Source: an uncultured Bacilli bacterium | GTDB lineage: Bacteria > Bacillota_I > Bacilli_A > RF39 > UBA660 | Length of the DNA: 64,000 bases | Assembly: GCA_934086185.1 (NCBI GenBank) | Contig: CAKOHW010000005.1 | Location: 23,576-87,575, forward strand | Direction of reading: 5' to 3' | Shown here: piece after piece, positions 29,811-39,681 of the stretch | How positions within the stretch are numbered: position 1 is the first letter of the stretch | Layout: every line of letters begins with the position of its first letter | The notes under the pieces: generated by a model | What the model saw: the letters and a program-made list of their open reading frames with translations, nothing else | What the model was told of the DNA's origin: nothing | The model's database searches: none | Made by a program: the position numbers and the translations under genes

Positions 29811-30455
29811 CTAATTAGATAAGTCTTTTAAATCTTTTTCAAAATAATTATTTGGGTTTACATTAGTACCGTTAATACTTACTTCAAATAATAACATGTT
29901 ATCACTAGTTGATGAAATATTATTTTTTCCACTTGTTGCTATTACTTCACCTTTTTTGATTGTTTGTCCTTCTTTAACATTAAGTTTATCTACACTATAA
30001 TATGTTGTTACTATATTGTTAGTATGAGTTATTTCAATAACATTTCCTAGTAATTCTTCTGTTTTTATTTTTGTTACTTTACCGTCAGATGTTGCTATTA
30101 TTTCAAATGGTTCACTTGAAGAATATAATATTCCTGTGTTTGGCATATAAGTGTTTTCATATAAAATTAATGATTTTTTTTGTGATTCTTCTGATGACTC
30201 TTTATCATAATAATCTATTTCAATATTTACATTTTCTGCTGTAAATGGTTTTGTTGTTTTACCATCATCTATAGAGGTTACCGGAATATCACTTTTAATA
30301 AAATTTTTTAATATGTAAGATAAATTGTATGTGCCTTCATATTTATTATCTAAAATATTACTAACAAATAACATACTTATAAATACTAATGATACTAATG
30401 ATAAATAAACACCTACTGATACCCATCGTTTTAATCTTAATCTTTTTTTATTCAT
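29811..30455 (-). CDS. spoIIQ: Degenerate LytM/M23-domain membrane protein, SpoIIQ-like
   Basis: N-terminal TM segment. The M23 fold motif ITHTNN...YYSV...MLLFE lacks the HxxxD Asp and the HxH histidines. Adjacent to spoIID. Confidence 0.5.
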   Translation of the reverse strand: MNKKRLRLKRWVSVGVYLSLVSLVFISMLFVSNILDNKYEGTYNLSYILKNFIKSDIPVTSIDDGKTTKPFTAENVNIEIDYYDKESSEESQKKSLILYENTYMPNTGILYSSSEPFEIIATSDGKVTKIKTEELLGNVIEITHTNNIVTTYYSVDKLNVKEGQTIKKGEVIATSGKNNISSTSDNMLLFEVSINGTNVNPNNYFEKDLKDLSN

Positions 30456-30502
30456 GTTTCACCTTCCTAGTAGAAGTATGAACAAAAAAAAAGAAATTAT
30501 AC

Positions 30503-31468
30503 TTAGATTGTAGTAATTTCTATATTTTGATAATAATATTTTAATATTTCATCATATTTATAGTTTTCGTTAGCCATACCATTTGCTCCATATTGGCTCA
30601 TACCTACTCCGTGTCCATAACCTTTTGTAGTTATTATGTAATTATCATTGTTTTTTGTTATTTCAAAATCAGTTGATCTTAATGTTAATGCATGTCTAAA
30701 TTCTACACCTGTGTAAATTTTTCCATTAACTGATATCTTTTCTACTCTATTTGTTTTATCACGAGATATTATTGAAATATTAAGATCATTTGAAGTAATA
30801 TTTAATTTGTCTTTTATTTCATTTGTTGTGAATTGTGTATCTACTTTAAATTTATTTACAGATTCATTATCCCAAGGAGATGATACGCTATTTATTGTTG
30901 ATTCTCCGAATACCATTTTTGAATCTTCTGTATATCCATTACTCATTGCAAAATAATATGATTTAAATACATCTCCATTTATTTTCATAACTAAATTTTT
31001 TGTAGATGAAACTGCTTTTTTTATTTTGTCATAATATAAGTCAAAATCTGATTTCCACTTTTCTTGCATTTCTGAAACTGAATTATATACTTGATCATCT
31101 GTTGTTGTCTCAACATCATATGCATTATCAAAATTTTTTATTTTATACATTGCATATGTTCTAGATACTATTGCTTGTGCTTTTAATGCTTCTTCATTAA
31201 ATGAAGCTGGCATTTCACCTGCTACTACACCTACTATATAATCTTCTAAATTTAATGTTTCTATATTATTATTTTTATTGATTTTAATATATATATTGTT
31301 TTCTTTTTGGTCTTTTATCTGTTGTTTGGTTGTTGTAGGAATAGTTGTTGTATCTTCTTTTTTTAAAACTACTGAATTTTCTGTTTTGTACATTTTACAA
31401 AACAAAGTTATTACACTTGCAGGAATTAATATTAATGTAATTAAATATAATATAATTTTATTTTTCAT
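30503..31468 (-). CDS. spoIID: Stage II sporulation protein D (SpoIID/LytB lytic transglycosylase family)
   Basis: SpoIID domain motif VVAGEMPASFNEEALKAQAIVSRTYA. Confidence 0.75.
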   Translation of the reverse strand: MKNKIILYLITLILIPASVITLFCKMYKTENSVVLKKEDTTTIPTTTKQQIKDQKENNIYIKINKNNNIETLNLEDYIVGVVAGEMPASFNEEALKAQAIVSRTYAMYKIKNFDNAYDVETTTDDQVYNSVSEMQEKWKSDFDLYYDKIKKAVSSTKNLVMKINGDVFKSYYFAMSNGYTEDSKMVFGESTINSVSSPWDNESVNKFKVDTQFTTNEIKDKLNITSNDLNISIISRDKTNRVEKISVNGKIYTGVEFRHALTLRSTDFEITKNNDNYIITTKGYGHGVGMSQYGANGMANENYKYDEILKYYYQNIEITTI

Positions 31469-31662
31469 AGTATTTTACTTGATGCTAAAAAATCTGTTAT
31501 AAAATTAGTTAATAAATATGATAATGCGAAACTTAGTATTATTACAAATAGTTTAGCTTCTAATGTTTTATTAGTTTTCCAAATTTTATTAAAATTTATT
31601 CCTGATAGTGTATATACAGATAAGAGTGTTGTAAATACATAAATTAATATTTTAATATTCAT
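31465..31662 (-). CDS. Small two-TM membrane protein
   Basis: 65-aa hydrophobic ORF overlapping the spoIID start. Confidence 0.3.
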   Translation of the reverse strand: MNIKILIYVFTTLLSVYTLSGINFNKIWKTNKTLEAKLFVIILSFALSYLLTNFITDFLASSKIL

Positions 31663-31663
31663 A

Positions 31664-32104
31664 TTAGTTTTCCTTTTCGTAATTTATTATTTCATTTATT
31701 CTTCTTATATGTCTTTCTTCATTAGAAAATTTTGTTTCAATAAATTTATTTATGCAATCTAATATTAAGTTTATATCTTTTTTATAACTCATTGCTATAA
31801 TATTTGCATTATTGTGTAGTTTAGCTAATTCTGCTTCATTTATATTTGATACATGTGCACATCTTATACCTTTAACTTTATTTGCTGCTATAGACATACC
31901 TATACCTGTACCACATAATAATATTCCTAATGTGTTTGTATTATTACTAATATATTCAGATACTTTAAATGCATAAATTGGGTAGTCATCTGTAGGTGTA
32001 TTATTTTGACTCATATCTATTATTTCATAATTTTCTTTTAATTTATTAATTATATATTCTTTTTCTTTTACTCCATTATGGTCTGTCGCTATTACTATCT
32101 TCAT
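31664..32104 (-). CDS. rpiB: Ribose-5-phosphate isomerase B
   Basis: Motif LLCGTGIGMSIAANK and an RCA motif. Start chosen at MKIVIATDHNG (GAAGG lies 9 nt upstream). Confidence 0.75.
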   Translation of the reverse strand: MKIVIATDHNGVKEKEYIINKLKENYEIIDMSQNNTPTDDYPIYAFKVSEYISNNTNTLGILLCGTGIGMSIAANKVKGIRCAHVSNINEAELAKLHNNANIIAMSYKKDINLILDCINKFIETKFSNEERHIRRINEIINYEKEN

Positions 32105-32185
32105 AATCATCATCCTTCTATTAGAAGTATAACATATCATTATGAAATAAATGTCAAAAAAATAAGCCTTTACGCTTATTTTTTG

Positions 32186-32395
32186 TTATTCAGCTTTATC
32201 TAAGTTGAATTTTTTGTTGAATTTTTCTATCTTAGTACTTCTCTTATTTTTTCCTTGTTTTCCAGTATAGAATGGATGACATTCACTACATATTTCAACA
32301 TTTTGTGTTGCTTTATTTGATTTTGCTACAAATGTTGCTCCACAAGCACATTTAAAAGTACAATCAACTGTTTCTGGATGTATTCCTTTTTTCAT
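32186..32395 (-). CDS. rpmE: 50S ribosomal protein L31
   Basis: MKKGIHPE...C-x-C...C-x2-H zinc ribbon typical of L31. Confidence 0.85.
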   Translation of the reverse strand: MKKGIHPETVDCTFKCACGATFVAKSNKATQNVEICSECHPFYTGKQGKNKRSTKIEKFNKKFNLDKAE

Positions 32396-32504
32396 ATTTT
32401 TCTCCTTCCGCCATAGCTAATATTTCAAGCCATAGAAATTACGTACTTCAATAGTATAGCATACTTTTTTATATTTGCAAGCAAATAATATAATTTTAGT
32501 TGGA

Positions 32505-33758
32505 TTATTCATCAACCAATTTTACGTCTGCTCCTACTTTGCTTAATTTTTCTACTAAATTTTCGTATCCTCTTAATATATGCTCAATATTCGTTATTAC
32601 TGTTGTGCCTTGTGCAATCATGCCTGCTAACATCATTGCTGCACCAGCTCTAAGATCTGTTGCCACTACTTCTCTACCTTTTAAAGGTGTTTTACCTGTT
32701 ATTACAGCACTGTTATCAAATAAGTTAATGTGTGCTCCCATAGCATTTAAATGTTTTATATGTCTCATTCTATTTTCATATATTGTTTCTTCAAATAATG
32801 ATTCGCCCATACATTGCGTTAAAAGTGTAGACATTGGTTGTCCTAAATCTGTTGGAAACCCTGGATATACTTGAGTTTTTAAATTTACAGGTTTTAAATT
32901 ATTTGTTGCTGAAACATATATTTTTGCATTTTCTATTTTAAATTGTGCTCCAGTTTCTCTTAATTTTGTTATAACAGATTCTAAATGTTCTTTTATTACA
33001 CCATCTATAATTAAATCTTTACCTAATAAGATGCCCATCATTAAATATGTTCCTGTTTCAATTCTATCTGGTATTACCTCTACAATTCCATCACCTAAGG
33101 TTTCTACACCTTCTATTTTAATTGAACTAGTTCCTACTCCAGATATTTTTGCTCCCATAGTATTTAAAAATGATGCTATGTTAACTATTTCTGGCTCTTT
33201 TGCTGCATTCCAAATATGAGTAGTACCTTTTGCTAGTACTGCTGCTAACATAATATTTACTGTTGCTCCTACACTTGCAAAATCTAAATATATATCGGCT
33301 CCATGTAATTCATCAGCTGTTATAGTATATGTATTATCTTCTATTTCTACATGTGCTCCCATTTTTTCAAATCCTTTTATGTGCAAATCTATTGGTCTAC
33401 TTCCTATAACACATCCTCCAGGATATGATATTACTGCTTTATGATATTTACTTAGAAGAGCACCCATAAAGTAATATGAAGCTCTAATTGATGATGCATA
33501 TTCTCTATCTATTTCTACATTTTGTACGTTTTTATTATCTATTTCTAATAAATCATCTGTTCTTTTGATTACTGAGCCTAATTTTTGTAACATTGCATCA
33601 AGTTTGTTTACATCACTAATATTTGGTACGTTGTAAATTTTACATTTTCCATTTGTTAAAATTGTAGCGGGCAAAAGACCGACAACACTATTTTTAGCAC
33701 CACCTATTTTGATAGTACCACTTAATTGGTTGCCTCCTTTTATAATAAGTTTTTTCAT
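32505..33758 (-). CDS. murA: UDP-N-acetylglucosamine 1-carboxyvinyltransferase
   Basis: MKKLIIKGG...GAKNS N-terminus. Start at 33758 sits behind GGAG. The upstream in-frame extension in the listed ORF is judged spurious. Confidence 0.85.
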   Translation of the reverse strand: MKKLIIKGGNQLSGTIKIGGAKNSVVGLLPATILTNGKCKIYNVPNISDVNKLDAMLQKLGSVIKRTDDLLEIDNKNVQNVEIDREYASSIRASYYFMGALLSKYHKAVISYPGGCVIGSRPIDLHIKGFEKMGAHVEIEDNTYTITADELHGADIYLDFASVGATVNIMLAAVLAKGTTHIWNAAKEPEIVNIASFLNTMGAKISGVGTSSIKIEGVETLGDGIVEVIPDRIETGTYLMMGILLGKDLIIDGVIKEHLESVITKLRETGAQFKIENAKIYVSATNNLKPVNLKTQVYPGFPTDLGQPMSTLLTQCMGESLFEETIYENRMRHIKHLNAMGAHINLFDNSAVITGKTPLKGREVVATDLRAGAAMMLAGMIAQGTTVITNIEHILRGYENLVEKLSKVGADVKLVDE

Positions 33759-33869
33759 AAAACCACTCCTAAACTTATGAAAAAAATTGTGAATAAGTAT
33801 TTTCTTTTCCACATAATTTGTATTTCTAATTAAATTATAGTAGATAATTAGGAATATCGCAATAATACT

Positions 33870-34412
33870 TTATAAACTTTTACATATAAATATAATTCCC
33901 AGCATAAATAACATAATTGTACTAATTAAATAGGAATATTTGTTAAAAAGTTTATTTAAATATTTTCCTAGTGTTAAGCCTACGAATGTAAAAGAAAAAC
34001 TACACAATGAAAAAATTGTTGATGATAAAAGTAAATTGGTTGTTATTGCATTTAAACCTAAACCTACTGATAAACTATCTAATGATACTCCAAATGCAAA
34101 AAGTATTGTACCAAATTTATTTAACTTTATATCTTTATTTGTTGGATTAATATATTCAATAAACATTTCTAAAGATAAAAGTACAAGAATTATTCCTAAT
34201 ATTAAATTTGAATTTATTACTATTATTTTATTTAAAGAATATGATATTAATACTCCAATTAGTGGCATAATAAAGTGAAATATTCCTACAGTTAAACTAA
34301 TTTTAATAGATTTTTTTAAAGGTATATTTTTTAATCCTAAAACAGTTGCTATAGAAAATGCATCAATACTTAAACAACAGCCAATTATTAATAAGAGTAT
34401 TAGTTCTTTCAT
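33870..34412 (-). CDS. DUF204 membrane protein (MntP/YtaF-like putative Mn efflux)
   Basis: 180-aa polytopic membrane protein with an N-terminal LSIDAFSIA motif. Confidence 0.5.
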   Translation of the reverse strand: MKELILLLIIGCCLSIDAFSIATVLGLKNIPLKKSIKISLTVGIFHFIMPLIGVLISYSLNKIIVINSNLILGIILVLLSLEMFIEYINPTNKDIKLNKFGTILFAFGVSLDSLSVGLGLNAITTNLLLSSTIFSLCSFSFTFVGLTLGKYLNKLFNKYSYLISTIMLFMLGIIFICKSL

Positions 34413-34433
34413 TTTATCACCATACTAATTTTA

Positions 34434-34955
34434 TTAATTATAGTGATTTAATATTTCTAAAACTTTTGATTTATACTCGACAAAATCTTTATCTTCTTTT
34501 TTTACATCTATTGAACATAAAGGTGGAAATAATACACACCACCAATTTTCTCCCTTTGCTTCGCCTATTTCTACTACTAATGATTCATAGTTACCTGGTT
34601 TATATTTTATTCCGTTAAGTTCTTTTTCTGGAAAATAGTTATTTCCATATTTAATTTTATAATTGTTGTTTTTTAATGTTTTGGTTACTATATTATTTAT
34701 GCTATTTAATTCTTTGCTAATTGTTAGTCTAGCATCATTTATGTTAGATGTACTATTTAATTTTTTATATAAATTATTTTCTATATTTTCTTTTACTAAT
34801 ACTTTGTCTAGTTGATCTTCTATTTTATTACTATTTGCTATAACTCTTATTCTTATAGAATTATCTGGAATAGTTAGTTCTTGTTTTTGTTTATAATTGC
34901 ATAATACTAAGATTATAATTGATAATATTATTGTTATTTTCTTCATAAAAAACAC
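34434..34955 (-). CDS. spoIIR: Stage II sporulation protein R
   Basis: Signature IRIRVIANSN and WWCVLFPPLC. Confidence 0.75.
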   Translation of the reverse strand: MFFMKKITIILSIIILVLCNYKQKQELTIPDNSIRIRVIANSNKIEDQLDKVLVKENIENNLYKKLNSTSNINDARLTISKELNSINNIVTKTLKNNNYKIKYGNNYFPEKELNGIKYKPGNYESLVVEIGEAKGENWWCVLFPPLCSIDVKKEDKDFVEYKSKVLEILNHYN

Positions 34956-34992
34956 AACCTTTCAAATAATTTATGGGTTGTGTTTTGTTATT

Positions 34993-35727
34993 TTATTCAT
35001 TTATTATAAATAAGTATCTATCTTTCCCCGTTAAATCTTTTTCTATAGATATTTTAGATTTTGGAAAATATTTTTTTGCAACACTTATTAATAATTTACC
35101 TTGTTTATTTCCAATTTCAAACGCTATTAAACTTTTTTTATTTAAATATGATTTGCAAGTAGATAATATATGTTTATAGAAGTTAATACCTGTAGAATCT
35201 GCATATATTGCTTTTTTTGGCTCATATTTTATTGATACATCTGTTTCATCTTTCTCTGTTATATATGGTGGATTAGAAATTAGTACATCATATGTATTTA
35301 CTGTTTTATATTTAAATAAATTATGATGTATAAAATTTATATCCGCATTATTTAATTTTGCATTTTTCTTGGCAACTCGTAATGCACTTCTACTTATGTC
35401 TAAACTTGATATATTTGAATTATCTAATTCTTTTTTTAAAACTATACTAATACATCCTGACCCTGTACCTAATTCCATAATTGATGGAGTTTTAATATCT
35501 AATTTTTTTATATAATTTATTGTTTTTTCTACTAACGTTTCAGTTTCAAATCTTGGTATTAATACTTTTTTATTTACTTTTATATTGTATCCATAAAAGT
35601 TTACATATCCTATTAAGTATTGTACAGGATAGTTGTTTTCTATTTTTTTTACTATTCTATTTAAATTTTTGTATTTTGCTTTTAATAACTTCCAATCATT
35701 TTCAGTGACATTTTTTGGCTTATTCAT
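34993..35727 (-). CDS. prmC: Release factor glutamine methyltransferase
   Basis: NPPY motif (LISNPPYI). Immediately downstream of prfA. Confidence 0.8.
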   Translation of the reverse strand: MNKPKNVTENDWKLLKAKYKNLNRIVKKIENNYPVQYLIGYVNFYGYNIKVNKKVLIPRFETETLVEKTINYIKKLDIKTPSIMELGTGSGCISIVLKKELDNSNISSLDISRSALRVAKKNAKLNNADINFIHHNLFKYKTVNTYDVLISNPPYITEKDETDVSIKYEPKKAIYADSTGINFYKHILSTCKSYLNKKSLIAFEIGNKQGKLLISVAKKYFPKSKISIEKDLTGKDRYLFIINE

Positions 35728-36782
35728 TATTTTCCTTCTAACTTCATTCTTTGATCTTCAGTTATTAAAGCGTTTATTATTTCGTCTATGTTTCCTTCCA
35801 TTACTCTATCAAGGTTCATAACACTAAAATTTATTCTATGGTCAGTGACTCTATTTTGTGGATAATTATAAGTTCTTATCTTTTCGGATCTATCTCCTGT
35901 ACCTATTTTACTTCTTCTTTCTTTTCCTGTTTCTTCTTCCATTTCTTGTAATTTTTTATCGTATAGTCTAGTTTTTAAGATTTTTATTGCTTTTTCTTTA
36001 TTTTTTATTTGGCTTCTTTCTGTTTGTGAGTATACTATTATTCCTGTTGGAATATGGGTTAATCTTACTGCTGAGTCTGTTGTATTTACCCCTTGACCTC
36101 CACATCCACTACTTCTTGTAACATCTACTCTAACTTCGTTCATATCTAATTCAAAATCAAAATCGTCTGCTTCTGGCATTACTAAAACAGTCGCTGTTGA
36201 AGTATGTACTCTACCTTGTGTTTCTGTTGCTGGAACTCTTTGAACTCTATGAGAACCACTTTCAAATTTTAATTTTGAATATACGTTTTTTCCTTTAATA
36301 GAAAATTCTATTTGCGAATATCCTCCACTTGTTCCTGGTTCTTCATTATTAATTTCTATTTTCCAGCCATTTTTTTCAGCATATTTAGAATACATTCTAA
36401 ATAAGTCCCCAGCAAAGATATTTGCTTCATCTCCACCAGCAGCACCTCTTATTTCCATTATTATATCTTTTCCGTCATTTTCATCTTTAGGAATTAAGAG
36501 AATTTCTAATTCTTTAATTAAATTATCTTTTTTGGTTTCATTTAATTCTAATTCTTCTTTAGCAATTGTTCCCATTTCTGGATCATTTACCATTAATTTT
36601 AATCCTTCAATTTCTTCTGTAACATTTGTTAACTCTTCATACTTTTTAACTATAGTTTCTAAGTCACTATGTTCTTTAGATATTGTTTTGAATTTATTAT
36701 AATCATTTATTATTTCTGGATTTATTAATTCTTCAGATAATTCTTCATATCGTTTTTTTATTATTTCTAATCTTTCTATCAT
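35727..36782 (-). CDS. prfA: Peptide chain release factor 1
   Basis: PAT tripeptide, GGQ motif (GGQGVNTT). Confidence 0.85.
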   Translation of the reverse strand: MIERLEIIKKRYEELSEELINPEIINDYNKFKTISKEHSDLETIVKKYEELTNVTEEIEGLKLMVNDPEMGTIAKEELELNETKKDNLIKELEILLIPKDENDGKDIIMEIRGAAGGDEANIFAGDLFRMYSKYAEKNGWKIEINNEEPGTSGGYSQIEFSIKGKNVYSKLKFESGSHRVQRVPATETQGRVHTSTATVLVMPEADDFDFELDMNEVRVDVTRSSGCGGQGVNTTDSAVRLTHIPTGIIVYSQTERSQIKNKEKAIKILKTRLYDKKLQEMEEETGKERRSKIGTGDRSEKIRTYNYPQNRVTDHRINFSVMNLDRVMEGNIDEIINALITEDQRMKLEGK

Positions 36783-36806
36783 TATTAACCTCCATGGGTA
36801 TATTTA

Positions 36807-37238
36807 TTATTCGTTTTCCTCTAAATCTTCCATTACAACTAAATCTTGTAGATCATCATCATCTTCATCGTCATCTACAATTTCTTCATCATAATTTATT
36901 TCATTATCTACTTCTTCTTTTTCTTCTCTTGGTTCTTCTTCTATTATTTCTTCATCATCGTCGTCATCATCATCTATTACAAGTTTTGTACTGTGATTTA
37001 TTTTTAAATCCCAGTAACCTTTTTCTAACATTATAAATCTTTTGTCTGTTGATAAAAGTTCAAAAAAATCTGCTAAATGTTCTTCAAATGCAGTTGCATC
37101 TAGATTCATAACTTTTATTACTTCCTTAAACAAATCTTGTATTTTCATTTTATTTTGATTATTTTCTAATATTAAATATGCAACATCATCATATGACATT
37201 GTTTCTAATTCTTCTTTTGTTAAATTTATTGATTTCAT
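36807..37238 (-). CDS. rpoE: RNA polymerase delta subunit
   Basis: N-terminal HARE-HTH region and a poly-Asp/Glu C-terminal tail. Confidence 0.75.
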   Translation of the reverse strand: MKSINLTKEELETMSYDDVAYLILENNQNKMKIQDLFKEVIKVMNLDATAFEEHLADFFELLSTDKRFIMLEKGYWDLKINHSTKLVIDDDDDDDEEIIEEEPREEKEEVDNEINYDEEIVDDDEDDDDLQDLVVMEDLEENE

Positions 37239-37319
37239 AAAAATTCCTCCGTAATTTATATTTATATGTATTTAAAACAAATATAATTTTATCATAATAG
37301 TTAGTATTGTCAACTACTT

Positions 37320-37673
37320 TTAAATATATTCTATAAATATTCTATTCAATATATTTTCTTCTGTTTCTATTTTGTATATAATATCTATATTTGTACTCGA
37401 ATCTTTATACTCTATAAGCTTAATATCTAAGTTTAATTTATTATTATTTTCTAATAGTTCTATAATACATTTTTCATTTTTAAAGTCTAATATGATTTTT
37501 TCTGATTCTGTGATTTTAGTAAATGCTTGATTGGATATAGTATATTTATCTTTATTTAATATAAATGATGTATTATTATTTTTTATACATGGTATATTTT
37601 TGTAATCTAAGATTAAATTATTATTTTTATATAATTTTAAATTCATTTTTTTCATACAATCTTTCCTTTTCAA
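37320..37673 (-). CDS. Hypothetical small protein (117 aa)
   Basis: Intact ORF adjacent to rpoE. Confidence 0.35.
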   Translation of the reverse strand: MKRKDCMKKMNLKLYKNNNLILDYKNIPCIKNNNTSFILNKDKYTISNQAFTKITESEKIILDFKNEKCIIELLENNNKLNLDIKLIEYKDSSTNIDIIYKIETEENILNRIFIEYI

Positions 37674-37750
37674 AAGATTTTAACATATTTTTTTGTAATT
37701 TGCACTTATAATTAAATATTTTATTTACATAATAATTTTAGGTGATTTAA

Positions 37751-39658
37751 GTGAAATACTTAAAAATGATATTTAAAATATGTATTTTTTCTTTTATATG
37801 TTTTGTAGTTATTATGTCTTCATTATATATTTATTCTTATTTATCACCTGGAATCGATTTAAAAACTAGCAATTCATTTTATATATATGATAATAATAAT
37901 GAAATTGTTTATCAAGGTTCAGGCAATAGTGAATGGGTTAACTTAGAAGATGTTAATAAAAATTTTTTAAATGCAATCATAAGTACAGAAGATAAGAATT
38001 TTTATAAACATTGGGGTTTTGATTATTTACGTATCGTAAAATCTATGTATAGTAATATTAAGAATGGTTACATAACTCAGGGTGGCAGTACTATTAGTCA
38101 ACAATATGTAAAAAATATGTATTTAGATTTCGATCAAACTTGGGATAGAAAAATTCAGGAAGCATTTTTAACTTTAAAGTTAGAAACTCACTATTCTAAA
38201 GAGGATATTATAGAAGGTTATATAAATACAATTAATTTTGGACAAGGATGTTATGGCATTAGTGAAGCAAGTAAGTATTATTTTAATAAGAAACCTAAAG
38301 ATTTAAGTTTGGAAGAGGCTATAATACTTGCGGGTATACCTAAGTCTCCTAATAATTATAATCCAATTAGTAATTACGATACTTCTATTAAAAGAGCAAA
38401 AATTGTTATGAATGCTATGATTAATAATAAAAAGTTAAGTGTTAAAGATAGTGAAAATCTTTTTAAAAATAAATTAGAGATATATGGTAAAAGTGATTTA
38501 AATAATTTACAAACGTTAATGTATTATCAAGATGCTGTTATGGAAGAATTAAAAAAAATCAATACAATTCCTAATAGTTTAATTGATTCTGGAGGTTTAA
38601 AAATATATACTAATTTAGATATTAACGCTCAAACTAATTTAGAAAATGCTATTATTAATAACATGCTTGATGATGAAACTCAAGTTGCTAGTATAATGAT
38701 AGAACCTAGTAGTGGAAAAATTATTGCGTTAGCTGGTGGAAAAGATTACAAAGTAAGTCAATTTAATAGAGTTACTTCATCTAAACGTCAAGTTGGCTCC
38801 ACTATAAAGCCTTTTCTATATTATACTGCTCTTGAAAACAATTTAACTAGTGCTTCTAAGTTTTTAAGTGAGGAAACAAGTTTTGTTTTTTCTAACAATC
38901 AAACCTATACTCCTACTAATTTTGCTAACAAATATGCAAATAAAGATATAACTATGGCTGCTGCTTTAGCTTATTCAGATAATATATATGCTGTTAAAAC
39001 CCATTTATTTTTAGGAGAAGATAAATTAGTAGAAACTATGAAAAATGTTGGATTAAAAGAAAAATTAGATGCGATACCGTCATTAGCACTGGGTAGTAAA
39101 GAAATTAATATGCTAGATTATGCAGAAGCTTATAATACACTTGCAAGTAATGGTTATAAACAAGATATTTATTTAATTAATAAAGTTGAGGATTTAAATG
39201 GAAATATTTTATATGAACATAAAGATGAAAAAGATTTAGTTTTAAATACAAATTATCTTTATATTTTAGATGAAATGATGAGTAATACCTATAATAGTGA
39301 TTTTATTAGTTATAACTCTCCTACTGCATTATCTATAAAAGATAAGTTAACTAAAAAATATGCTATTAAAAGTGGTTCTACTAATAATGACTATTGGTTA
39401 GTTGGATATAATCCTGATATACTCGCATTGGTATGGACTGGTAATGACAATAATAAAGATGTTGAATCTACATACTCTAAGTTAACTAAATATATTTGGG
39501 CTGATGCAGTAGAAGGTACTTTAAAAGATAAAGAAAGTACATGGTATAATAAACCGCAAAATGTTGAAAGTGCATATTTAAATCCTGTTTCTGGAGAATA
39601 TAGTAATGGAAAAGATGGTACTTTATTTTATTTCTTAAAAGGTACTGAGCCAAATTAA
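37751..39658 (+). CDS. Class A penicillin-binding protein (GT51 glycosyltransferase plus transpeptidase)
   Basis: GT51 motifs EDKNFYKHWGFD and GGSTISQQ. TPase motifs STIKP, SDN and KSG. Confidence 0.75.
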   Translation: MKYLKMIFKICIFSFICFVVIMSSLYIYSYLSPGIDLKTSNSFYIYDNNNEIVYQGSGNSEWVNLEDVNKNFLNAIISTEDKNFYKHWGFDYLRIVKSMYSNIKNGYITQGGSTISQQYVKNMYLDFDQTWDRKIQEAFLTLKLETHYSKEDIIEGYINTINFGQGCYGISEASKYYFNKKPKDLSLEEAIILAGIPKSPNNYNPISNYDTSIKRAKIVMNAMINNKKLSVKDSENLFKNKLEIYGKSDLNNLQTLMYYQDAVMEELKKINTIPNSLIDSGGLKIYTNLDINAQTNLENAIINNMLDDETQVASIMIEPSSGKIIALAGGKDYKVSQFNRVTSSKRQVGSTIKPFLYYTALENNLTSASKFLSEETSFVFSNNQTYTPTNFANKYANKDITMAAALAYSDNIYAVKTHLFLGEDKLVETMKNVGLKEKLDAIPSLALGSKEINMLDYAEAYNTLASNGYKQDIYLINKVEDLNGNILYEHKDEKDLVLNTNYLYILDEMMSNTYNSDFISYNSPTALSIKDKLTKKYAIKSGSTNNDYWLVGYNPDILALVWTGNDNNKDVESTYSKLTKYIWADAVEGTLKDKESTWYNKPQNVESAYLNPVSGEYSNGKDGTLFYFLKGTEPN

Positions 39659-39681
39659 AATAGTTCATTGTAAGATATGAA

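Noticed and set aside
36794-37036. His/Leu-rich 80-aa ORF on the plus strand
   Set aside because: It lies entirely antisense to the acidic tail of rpoE. It is a translation artefact of the GAT/GAA repeats.
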